Shown here: piece after piece, positions 11,401 through 21,099 of the stretch
Layout of the letters: every line of letters starts with the position of its first letter
Numbering within the stretch: position 1 is the stretch's first letter
Assembly (NCBI GenBank): GCA_051294905.1
Contig: CM119386.1
Span: 12,183,001 to 12,216,000 of the forward strand
DNA length: 33,000 bases
Direction: 5' to 3'
Origin: Botryllus schlosseri
Lineage: Eukaryota
Position numbers and translations under genes: made by a program
The notes under the pieces: model-generated
What the model was told of the DNA's origin: nothing
What the model saw: only the letters and a program-made list of their open reading frames with translations
The model's database searches: none

Positions 11401-14400
11401 GCGACAAATAGTTGATATACCATATTATAATATAACTCCTTCGCCTTCAGCAAGTCCAATACTCATATATGCACGTCTAGTAATGCTACAGGTGGACATG
11501 AACATGTATAGATTGTAGATTTATAACAATAGGCAAAAAAGTCCCACGGACTGCGATTAAAATGAAATTGTAAACTGTAATGAGATAAATTGATATTTTT
11601 GGGATATAATTGAGATTATCGATCTTTGTCATCCCAATAAAATACCGTATTTTCAATCCTATAGAAAGAGATGCCAACATACACTATTATATGGAGAGCT
11701 TGTGGGGTATTTTATCTGTTGTTTGCAAGATATAGTTTGTTTCTCTAATGAGCTAATTGCAATCCATCATCTTCTTTCTTTCTCAGGGTTAGGGGCAGTT
11801 AACCGCTATACAACAAATTTTAAACCGCATCGATCTCACCTTCTAACGATACAGCGGACGAGATGGAATCAGTCAGTCGTGCAATCACGGTGCTCAGTTT
11901 TTGAAAATCATCCACGGTCAGCACTCTGTCTTTGCTGTATTTGTTCCCGTGTGCAATATATGATGACTGCATGGCGTAGTCTTCATAGTTGCCCACAGCA
12001 ACCACAAACGGTATTACTTTGGTTCCTTGTATATTTTTACGATACCTGCAAGATATGAATCATTTCGTATTAGCAAGTTGGCATTTCTTAGGGGTGAGGA
12101 CACATTGAACCATATCCCTTATATTCATTTGCAGTCGGTTTATGTCTCAATCGCACAATGCTCGAAACGAATATTTGCGATCCCATAGCCGACCACGTTA
12201 TTTTCGTGAGTTTTTGAGAGAAGATACCGGTGAACTATGCAACTAAGGTGTAGATTACGTACCCAGACTATTATGCATACATGCAGTAGTATATATATAT
12301 ATTTATTTTGCAGGCTATTTAGGCTGGCTGGTGCTAAGCAAAAATGGATTGCTGAGGATGATGATGAGAACACAACAATGACAACAAAGTGCCTATGACA
12401 TTATGGTGCGATATCGCAATATAATTTTAAGTATATACGCCTGCATATATGGACTTCAGATGAACAATGATTTGTTATCATCCTCACATATGCATGTGCT
12501 CGGTAATCATGTACAACCTGGGGCGCAATAGGATAACTATCCACACACCATTTGCATAGGATATGCAACCGTCATATTCATCTATCCCCGATTCGACTAA
12601 TATGGTTACGATTTATGATTTCTCACAGTCCGAAATATGCGTTAGGTTGACACTGCCTTTATAGTAGGTTAATTTATACAATAAAACATGAATACCAATT
12701 CGATATATCCGTTGCTCCACTTGTCTTGCCGTCAGTAAGAACAACAACAATTTGATGTGCATCGCCTTCTGACTTGAAATCACACTGGAAGATAAGCACT
12801 AATTCTATAAAATCGCCCCGCTACTGATGTAAAATGTTTTTGTTGCGTACGATTATATTTCCGCTCCAAAATAATTTACATCTACTCACTTTCAAGACTC
12901 GGTCCAATGCCAAAAGTGTGTATGTTCTACGACCGTTGATATAGATCATTTCATCAAGTTTCTCCTTTATTTCATCAATGGTAAGTCCATCCCGCAGGGT
13001 ATATGGCACCACATACTCCGGAGAGTTACACAAATCCTCCTCGTCACTGTTTATTGTCCAGCAATTTAAATGATAATATCAAATAAATCTTGGGACGTGT
13101 TTAACTTATTCAAAGAAAGCTAATGGCTTAACGCAAATGTACCAGATTGGAGGAAGGGAAAAGACAAATTCAGGATTGCATCACGCGTATCGTCAGGCAT
13201 GCATAGCTTAAAGGGGCACTGCGCTCTAAAAATGATGTGGTCTCAAATTGAAGGTAAAAACGAACAAAAATTTTTGGCCGCAGCCATTTCCTTCAGAACG
13301 CCACCGTAATGGAGCTGCAATTTATTGAAATTTCTACAAGACCAGCTGCCGCGGCAGCTTAACCCGTTACATGGCACGATATCTTCACCGTCGCACTTGC
13401 TCGACGCGATTAGGCAGTCACGCAGAGAACGAATTTTAGATAGTTGTCAGCCGATGTTATGAAGGAAATGTGTCTAAGTTTCGTTCTCTGCGTGACTGCC
13501 TTATCGCGTCGAGCAAGTGCGACGATGAAGACATCGTGCCATGTAACGGGTTAAGCAGCCGCGGCAGCTGGTCTTGTAGAAATTTCAATAAATTGCAGCT
13601 CCATTACGGTGGCGTTCCGAAGGAAATGGCTGCGGCCAAAAATTTTTGTTCGTTTTTACCTTCAATTTGAGACCACATCATTTTTAAAGCGCAGTGCCCC
13701 TTTAAGATATTACTTACGGTTCGAGGGCATATTGTACGACTTGTGTTTGTACAGTTTCGCCGAAGGATCTGACGAGCTGTTCTGTTACATTTATCACCCA
13801 ATTCTTAACAAGTTTGAAATTATCTGGGTTAATGCTGCCAGACCCGTCCACAACGAAGACAACCTCTACAGAACCGGTGAAGCAATCTAGAATAACGAAA
13901 AAATTTGTAGTAGTAATAGACATCCCGTAACTCTTGACAAAACATTAGTTTTACTTTTTCAGGGAACTCAATTGAGTTTTGTCTATCTACACCAGGCCCA
14001 AACTAAACGAATTGGTTATTTGTTTAGTACTTTCACCCTTACTCCAACATTGTTTGAAGTAGTTGATGCAATAGTTGTTGGATATAGATTTACGTTATAA
14101 CGGTCGAAACCACAGCTATTTTTGGCGCTATAGCGATGATCATTATGTAGCAGTCTGCAAGATGTAGTTCTGTATTTCGGAGGTTTTCATTTGCGAAATA
14201 TGTGATGAATTGTCGCAAACTATACCAAGTTTTATTGACTTCAGTTTAACCCACCTTTGTTATTCCCCAACTTAAAATAGTTTTGGAATGATTTGGACAT
14301 CACTATGACTGCTTGCGGGTGAGTAGAAATTGCAAAACTGAAGCTTACACATGAATACGAGTGAGTATTATTGGATCTTCTGTCGGTAATGAAAAATTAT

Positions 14401-17400
14401 ACCTGATAAACAACGACCACATATTTTCAGCCTACCTGTTTCATTGGGCCATCTGATATATTCCCAGTAGATATCGTTCAATCCACCCACGTAGCAAGCT
14501 CCAGGAACGTAAGTTACATTTGGACACAATCTACGTCGAATGGGCGCGCATACCTGTAAAGAGCACGTGAAGCATGAATAAAGTTGAGGTCGTTACTAAT
14601 ATGCCAATATGAATCGGAGTTTATCGCTTTAGAGTTGGAGCCGTCTCAAACAGAACCGGGTCACAGTCCGATTGATTGGATTTTAGTCATAACTTCACTG
14701 CACTAATCAAGAGAGTAGACAATATGCTGTCAATTAACAGATACAGTGTGGTCAAAGTCATTGTTCTTACTCCGGTATGCCTGTATTAGTACAGTTAGTA
14801 TACCCGAGTACTTCTGTTGTACGCAAATTTTACAGCGAAAATTAGAAATAGATGTAACGAATTCTCAGGCATGCCGAAACGAATTCAAGTAGATATACAA
14901 AATAAATATTTCGATAAGTACTTTTGCAAATTTTAACAGGGGCCAACGATAAGTTATCATGTGCCCCAATTTTGACAAAGAGCTACAGATTTTTATCAGT
15001 CAATCGCAGGTGGCCGTACTTTCATGCAAGAGGAAGCGCAACATAACTATAGCATAGTCATAGTGTATGGTTGTCATACGTCCGGAATTTCCCGGACATG
15101 ACCGAAATTTCACTCTGAAAACTCCGGCCAGGCGGCGCGATTTAATACAACGTATATTGATATTAATAAGGGGACCACGCACCATCTTCGCAAAAAATGA
15201 GTTAAAAATAAATAAGAATAACCACTGAAATAAGTGTAATTGTCATCGTAATTATAAGATAACACATATTACGCGCGGTATATTCCCAGAGTTGGTTACG
15301 GCGGTTTGGATGCTTTCGTTTTGTCAAAGACAGATCTTCTAAATCTGGGGGTCATTTGCCCTTATTCTGGGGATCGCGAAGATGTTGGACGTTATCTGCT
15401 TCCAAAATAGGCTGTGAGCAAGTCTGGGCAAGGTGATTTTTTTTTATTAATCAGCCTATTATTTTTTTAGTTGGACCGCGGAACATTTTCAAATTGCAAA
15501 TAAGCTCGCGGCAATAAAAGATAACAAACGGCCGGATATGCAATCTACTGGTGTATTTAGTAGTATTATATGGATGAGCCACTATTATTGACAGAATCCA
15601 TTGGTTGCAACACACAACCAGATAACCGTACCGATCTAACAGTATAGCAAGGCTGTCACACACACAACCGACGGGTCGGATAAGGTTCACCAGACGATTT
15701 CATGCGACCCGTGAAGTAATCTGTTGCGGACCTAAGCAATCACCAGAGCTCACATTAGAGATGGCCCAACTCGAAACCAGTATGTTCTACTCCACTCCTG
15801 TATAAAGTCGATAGGCGAAGCTTTGCTGATGTGACGTCATAGTTACTGACAATGTGTTCATACCTCATTGTAAAATCCGCCGCTAGTGGGCGCTAAAGAA
15901 TGTCTGGAATTTGAAAACAAAAATATGGTAACCCTATTATAGTAACGCCGCAAACACAATTTTCCTACAGACTATTCACGGATTCAGTGACAGACATACA
16001 GATTCTATTTCGCCCGATTGTTATGACCATTTCACTCTTAACAGTGGTGCAAACATGTCCATAAAATCCACTCTCATGTTCACGAAGTCTCAAGAATACT
16101 CGTGGCGTATACGTAGAAAGCGGCCACCGCAAATTTTCGTCTTCTCAGTTTCCCCCTATAGATAGGTTCTTTAATGCCTGCGTTAGTGACGCAAGCCTAT
16201 ATGTCTTGGTCAAAATTGGCGCAGTCTATGTACCGCGTAAAAGGAGTCGTTCTTTCTCGCCATGCTCAACCCCAATGCATCCGATGATACGTCATGGTCA
16301 GGTCTACGATGCGTAAGCCTGCTCTCCGGGAAGATTACGACGGAACTGCAGTTCACTTCCGAAAAGTCGGCCGCTCGGGACGACATGGACGCATTGACTG
16401 CAATATCGCATGAATAGATAGCTCCCTTAGAGACGGTTTCCCGCAAACTTCCTGGCCTGGGTCGCCCGAAGATTAATCTGAAAAATGAAGGTGATGATTG
16501 TATTTGCAATGCGCAGCCCTTGCCAAGACATTCATTAGCCTTGACAAAATATGCATCGGTTTGCTTTCAATGTCGGGCGAGACAGACAATGTACGGGCTA
16601 TGCCACTGAGATTGATTTGCTAATACGCGGTTCATGATAACGCACACTATACGCACGAAATACGATGGCATGACTGAAGAAATTGCCGATTTGTATCAAT
16701 TATACGACCAACGCTTTTGTCGACTTTTTTCATAAAATATAAGCGATCAAGTTGTCCGAGACGATTTTTGACAAGCGGATTTATTCCAACTCATTTTCCA
16801 GATTTTGTCATTTATTCCGAACCCACGCCAACATGATGAATATAGTTACGGATGTTTTTCGATGAGGTTTACTAATCCATATCAGTACACATTGCTCATT
16901 ACGCAACTTAAGCACCGTGGCCTACTATACGCAGCGTCGCTGCAACATCCTTATTATTGATGGTCAAAACTTCATTCATATCAAAATACTGACTTTCAGC
17001 ATCAGACACGGGATGTTATCACAGCCAAAAATTTGTAAACACACCCAATATATTCGGTAACTTAGATCGGAAACGTCAACCACGCAGTCTCATCATCGTC
17101 AAAATAAGCGACAGAAGTCATTTATGTGAGCTTGTGATCAACGCCCTGATCGTCACAAAGTGCAATAAAACAGGCATGTTCAAAATACCAAATTATTTTT
17201 AATATGATACAGAACTGGCGTTATATTCTTTGCGGTTGCATAAATGGCACATTCTAGAATCTAGATCATATGTACTGTTATGACGTCATACTGGCAGAAT
17301 CGAATCACTAAGGTACTCTATTTTGCCAAGCCTTACTGATAATAACCAGCGTAACAAAGGCGGTCTAGTAGCAGCATAGTGTATGATCCGTGTCTTACCT

Positions 17401-17598
17401 TGCGTTACCGTCCCCTCTCATCCTCAAATCAAACGTATACCCCGCGAAGCTCGATTGGTCACCATACCAATTGCTACCTTCTGCAGCTTCACGAAGATTC
17501 ACGGTGTGACTTTTCCTTATCTCTACATTGTGACAATGCACCAACGCAAACGATAATACGCCGACCCAAAACCAGCTACTGCTCAGGAGCACAGACAT
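2339..17598 (-). CDS. ITGA: Integrin alpha subunit with alpha-I (vWA) domain; spliced gene, 20 exons recovered, 3' part missing from the window or unresolved
   Basis: Hand-joined exons stay in frame for 2975 nt. They show a signal peptide, FG-GAP repeats, the MIDAS motif (DGSGS...T...TDG), Ca-binding loops DINGDKNDD, DLDRDGFND and DIDDNGFPD, then RTRPIV and C-x4-C-x-SDL in thigh/calf. Family-level call only; no specific orthologue is claimed. Confidence 0.95.
2703..2834 (-). CDS. Integrin alpha exon 19
   Basis: Strong pyrimidine acceptor tttactttcttag; VKTISAFPQSESCISP...LMHPNSW; donor TGG|GTAAGG; phase 0 at both ends. Confidence 0.75.
2931..3096 (-). CDS. Integrin alpha exon 18 (calf-1)
   Basis: ttttgtaattacag acceptor; NGAAVRD...LQIRVNWTNYGEYAFDP (N.GE.A motif); donor CAG|GTCGGT. 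Confidence 0.87.
3474..3596 (-). CDS. Integrin alpha exon 17 (genu)
   Basis: tttgcaccag acceptor; RNLPTTYSAEIKVSTGCEEMICNSDLNL (C..C.SDL motif); donor AA|GTAAGA, phase 2. Confidence 0.87.
4315..4421 (-). CDS. Integrin alpha exon 16
   Basis: ttttttatttaag acceptor; MEMSNSDYVHAPIKAEITFEL...SVLN; donor AG|GTGAAT, phase 2. Confidence 0.8.
4523..4665 (-). CDS. Integrin alpha exon 15
   Basis: gatttag acceptor; GIRYVLQIDTGNSLKRKRVLF...SCYQQSVNLK; donor AAG|GTAATT. Confidence 0.85.
4805..4953 (-). CDS. Integrin alpha exon 14 (thigh domain start)
   Basis: RTRPIVDVAVEIKF...C...C...CF; donor G|GTTCGC, phase 1. Confidence 0.87.
5011..5150 (-). CDS. Integrin alpha exon 13
   Basis: KIQPSHITAPELQYFGQYLQGNVDIDDNGFPDVIVASP; donor AG|GTAACA, phase 2; followed by a 57-nt intron. 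Confidence 0.92.
5429..5911. mobile_element. Palindromic MITE, TTAA-flanked (Kolobok-like), copy 1
   Basis: TTAA|AGGGGCACTGC...GCAGTGCCCCT|TTAA; arms of ~170-185 bp are near-perfect inverted repeats. TTAA TSD with RR..YY termini is the Kolobok signature. Confidence 0.88.
6123..6323 (-). CDS. Integrin alpha exon 12
   Basis: attgcag acceptor; ANRSY...GARFGTAMAYAGDLDRDGFNDVVIGAP...GAVYIFRG...FSQ; donor CAG|GTAAAT. Confidence 0.95.
6525..7120. mobile_element. Non-autonomous hAT-type element with GACTCGAGTC subterminal repeats
   Basis: TIR CAGAGTTGTAA / TTACAACCCTG; 8-bp TSD GAATAAAG / GAACAAAG (7 of 8); many GACTCGAGTC and GAGTC motifs near both ends. Confidence 0.85.
7370..8295. mobile_element. 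Non-autonomous hAT-type element with GTGAAC/GGTTC subterminal repeats
   Basis: TIR TAGGGACGGTGTGAAC / GTTCACACCATCCCTA (15 of 16); exact TSD GTTTCCAA at 7362-7369 and 8296-8303. Confidence 0.9.
9848..10078 (-). CDS. Integrin alpha exon 11
   Basis: VLLCQ...YFGGSVLTVDINGDKNDDMLISAPLY...GRVFVY...AW; donor TGG|GTAAGT, phase 0. Confidence 0.93.
10147..10226 (-). CDS. Integrin alpha exon 10
   Basis: GFSLVTGNFDGIEYVIAGAPRHLFTGA (FG-GAP); donor GCG|GTATGA; followed by a 68-nt intron. Confidence 0.87.
10935..11082 (-). CDS. Integrin alpha exon 9
   Basis: gtcacag acceptor; DQLFVGGPGMFLQSG...DSLA; donor G|GTAAGC, phase 1. Confidence 0.87.
11209..11291 (-). CDS. Integrin alpha exon 8
   Basis: attgcag acceptor; GTSAGAGSSDPNADIANPQLGISIAFGK; donor AAG|GTTGGT, phase 0. 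Confidence 0.8.
11840..12045 (-). CDS. Integrin alpha exon 7 (alpha-I C-terminal half)
   Basis: atcttgcag acceptor; WYRKNIQGTKVIPFVVAVG...VDDFQKL...SLE-G (conserved intrinsic-ligand Glu, LEG); donor G|GTGAG, phase 1. Confidence 0.9.
12696..12784 (-). CDS. Integrin alpha exon 6 (alpha-I, VVVLTDG)
   Basis: cttatcttccag acceptor; CDFKSEGDAHQIVVVLTDGKTSGATDISN; donor TG|GTATT, phase 2. Confidence 0.9.
12890..13046 (-). CDS. Integrin alpha exon 5 (alpha-I, MIDAS Thr)
   Basis: aaacag acceptor; DEEDLCNSPEYVVPYTL...INGRRTYTLLALDRVLK; donor AAA|GTGAGT, phase 0. Confidence 0.87.
13212..13701. mobile_element. Palindromic MITE, TTAA-flanked (Kolobok-like), copy 2
   Basis: Same termini as copy 1; TTAA at 13208-13211 and 13702-13705; arms of ~225 bp around a short central loop. 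Confidence 0.88.
13718..13886 (-). CDS. Integrin alpha exon 4 (alpha-I domain start, MIDAS DxSxS)
   Basis: DCFTGSVEVVFVVDGSGSINPDNFKLVKNWV...VQYALEP; donor CC|GTAAGT, phase 2. Confidence 0.93.
14436..14553 (-). CDS. Integrin alpha exon 3
   Basis: ctctttacag acceptor; VCAPIRRRLCPNVTYVPGACYVGG...PNET (CAP...G.CY motif); donor G|GTAGG, phase 1. Not in the ORF track. Confidence 0.88.
16234..16477 (-). CDS. Integrin alpha exon 2
   Basis: tttttcag acceptor; R-LIFGRP...KGAIYSC...DALGLSMARKNDSFYA; donor GCG|GTACAT, phase 0. Confidence 0.82.
17399..17598 (-). CDS. Integrin alpha exon 1 (signal peptide and start of propeller)
   Basis: MSVLLSSSWFWVGVLSFALVHC-HNVEIRK...FAGYTFDL. ATG at 17598-17596; donor AG|GTAAG, phase 2. 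Confidence 0.88.
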
Positions 17599-17732
17599 TT
17601 ATAGGCGTAGCGACAGCGGCGCACTAGATCAAGTGATAGTGAGTTAATGTCTGAACTTTCCATCGTTCGGCGACTGATTATAATAACATTTAGATGATTG
17701 TAATTGTGTCACGCGGTTACTGCGTTGATTCG

Positions 17733-17769
17733 TTTATACTGCACAGTGTACACGCAATGCCTGACGTCA
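17733..17769 (-). promoter_or_regulatory. Candidate integrin core promoter: TATAAA box plus upstream CRE (TGACGTCA)
   Basis: On the minus strand TATAAA lies at 17738-17733, about 135 nt upstream of the ATG, and TGACGTCA at 17762-17769 about 25 nt further upstream. Motif match only. Confidence 0.4.
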
Positions 17770-20051
17770 TGGCGCAATACGATGTGCATAGCTTCCGTAC
17801 TTTCATCACAGCATACTTCCACAGACGAGGAAACTTGCGTGAAATTAGGCGATCAGCACAACAATAGGTTATAGGCGATATGCCCGATCGACACTGTCAT
17901 TAGAAATGCACGTGGAACCAAAGTGAGCTTTGGAGAATCGTGTGGCGGTGCTGTATGACATTCTAAGTGAAGTTTTTAAAACTATATGTCCATTATAATA
18001 TTAGCAGCTACAATCTATCTGAGCAATACTTATAAGGTCACATTGAATTTAACACGCGAATTCAGACACTTCAGACATAACGGACCTTCAACTTATACTG
18101 ATTGCTACCACACACTGTAAATTAAATGGGTGAACAAATAGGTCGATTTTCAGACTTTCTACATGGCGTACGTTGCAAGTCAACTCAACGATGCTTTCCG
18201 GTATGTCATTCTGCATACGCACCTCCGTCTGTTGATGTGAATTATTCTATTTCCCCACTGCAAAATGAGTCTATATACAATATACATGGGGTGAGGTAGC
18301 TTCTGTTCACGTAAACAGGTCATGCATATGGCATTATAAAAATGGGTGTATTCCGTTCATTTACACATTAACTGGTGAGGATTTGAAAGTTGAATTTTGT
18401 ACAGAGGGGTGTCGCAAACCTGTTCGACATCCTACCTTGTGGTGAAAAGTCAGAAACGTCATACTTTCAGGGTGAAGCTTATAGGAAAGTAGCTGAACGA
18501 TTTTTATTGGGACTAACGTGAAAGGCAACTAATGATATTGCAGTGCCTTTATCTCTACTAAAGGATTCCCCTCTCCACTTCTACGCCGATTAAATTTGAA
18601 GCCATGGTGGATTATCGCTCATGATGTCATTCGATAATTTGTTTTGGCGTCTTCTCAAAATGACCGAAAGCAAAGGCAACTAAATCTCTATCAAAAATTC
18701 AAAGCTATCAACTCTGCTACTATACTATCGGCGGTCGGCTTCCAGCTTGCGTCTTCGCGGCGTGTACAACCCCTCCTTGTTCGTATGCAACCAGGCTTCG
18801 GAAACCGGCCGCTTTGTCACTTGTTTTGATATTATATTACTCCGAAAGCTTACATTTCCGAGTACTAATACTACCGCATACTTAGCGGTGATATCAAGCA
18901 GGTGTCTCGGCGCATTTATTCTTACCCGGTGTGGATAGCGAAAAGCACCGCCTGTCTATAAGATCCCTCAACGCTTACAGATTCTATCATTCGGTTATAC
19001 CGTAAATTTGTCGCTCAGTGTGTGCTAACGAGACGTAATACTAATTTACGTGTCTTGATGCTTATAATTGCATGGAATCATAACATATTGCTATATATTT
19101 GTAATGAATTTGACAAGCACTATTGAACATAAATGAAAAGGTCGCAGCAACATTGTGAAAAATAATTTCGCTGAAGAATGATTACAATTAAAACAATACA
19201 AAATCGAACATATGCATATTTAAAAATATATGCAATCGATAACATGACATCATAACATAACCATGACATCATATAGTCACCAATAGGTATTTGCCAGGGA
19301 AGACTTTTCGGAATCTTGACGCAGCACACAACTGCAACACACTGCTTGTTGACATTCCTTCGATACGAGTCAAGGGCAAGGTTTTCTTTATAATCTTGAA
19401 GAAATCAAATTCCAATTTCAGCAGCATCTATCTCAACTTTTATGTCACATACGTTTTCGCGGTGCATATACTTGGAAAACTCAAGCCATTACGTCGAAGG
19501 ATGTTTCAGGGATTTCATGTCATCCAAACAGAAATTCAGTTGCTTGAAAAGTATGGTGGACTTGTCACCAACCAGATGGCGAAGTTAGAAGAAGTAAGCT
19601 ATAGCGATTGGAAATATACAGAGGAAGAGAAAAGGCCGATTGATAATTCTGATTGGCTCAAATCGTACAATTGAGACACACAAATAAGTAAATGCTTTTG
19701 AATCGCTAACAAATCTGGTGTAATATTCGATTGTAATATTTAACCGTGTTTCTTGATTCTGAGGAGGCCATGTTTTTGTGTACCACGGTTTGGATTTTAA
19801 TACGCACTCTTTTCGTTTCGGGCGTCATCGATAAATTGAAGGAACGTCCTTTTCCGCGTAAACTGCGGGCTCGCTATAGCGGAAGAGCAATGGACGAGCG
19901 TGCAGTTAGGGTAGCGTGGCCCGACTGCAGCGGTGCAGCCCGGTCGCCGTGTTTAATGCCTTTTGTAGCGCAGCTAAATGGTGAAATCTTCGATCATATT
20001 CGACTTGGACCTATTAATCGTGTGAGTATATCCACTGATATTTTACCATAG

Positions 20052-20813
20052 TGTCCTATATCGTCCTATAAGCAAATCTCACGGCTCAGTGAAATTGGTC
20101 TACGTCACACTATACATTTGGCTCAAGGCAATTTGACGGTATTTTTGACCGGCTTGCCGAGCATTAAATTTGATTAAACGAATATCAAACGAAAGCTGGC
20201 GCTGTACAAATTGCGAAAATATTTATTTCATTCCGCTCATAGCCCTGGAACCGCACAATCAGCCTCAAATTTTTCATTGATGTGAAGATTGGCATTGGGA
20301 CGCAACCATGCTGTCTGGCTAAACGAGAGCTTAGCTCAGGAGCAAAGAAGCGGCTGCGCGGCGAGAGTGACAGTGCTTAGCTGACGTCGCGGCAATGGGC
20401 AATATGAGCTTGTGTTTCGAAATGCAATCGCTTCGCAGAGAAACGTTCCGCTGTTGATGCTTTCTTTTGGTGCTTCGGTAGAAGCGAGCACACATTACCG
20501 GCCTTTCCATGACTTTTAAGCGCCGAACTGGGTTCGCTGAATGCATTAGGGCCCTTTGACGAATTTTCGCGCATTCTCCTTCAACTCGTCGACGATCTTT
20601 CCGTCTAGGTAGCTGTATACATTGGATATGTCCGATTATTATGATATTGAATGGCTTAGCCCGCTTGTTGTGTAGGGGTCCGGAAACGCGTTGCGCTGTT
20701 GATGACTGGTGTCGATAATTTCTATATAGTTGCTTTGTGATGGAAATGGAAGTGTGATGTAAACCAATTTCACTGAGCCGTGAGATTTGCTTGTGTCCAC
20801 ACCATATAGGACA
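20052..20813. mobile_element. Inverted-repeat-bounded element, superfamily unassigned
   Basis: Perfect 30-bp inverted match 20070-20099 / 20763-20792, extended by TGTCCTATAT outward and a 10-of-12 match inward. No TSD identified. Confidence 0.65.
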
Positions 20814-21099
20814 GTGTGATTTTGCCGTCTGGTATGCCTGTAAGTTGAAGGGGTAATTTAATAAGCTGCTACTTTACTATACTGTCCTCTAGCGTCCAAG
20901 ACTGATCGAATTGAGTTGTAGGCTGCGAAAAAATGGCATTATGTACAATATCCGACATCACATTACATTAATACACCAGTAGACTACCTCATGACCAGGA
21001 TTAACTTTCTAAAAAGTGACAGCAATTCTTTGAAAATATGGGCAGGATTCATAGATTGTGATTTCACATTCATTTTTCACTGTAAGCAGTGGATGATCT

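Noticed and set aside
12140-12373. ORF with NNVVGYGIA resembling an alpha-I strand (alternative exon)
   Set aside because: No in-phase acceptor and donor pair avoids a stop, and exon 7 already supplies this strand.
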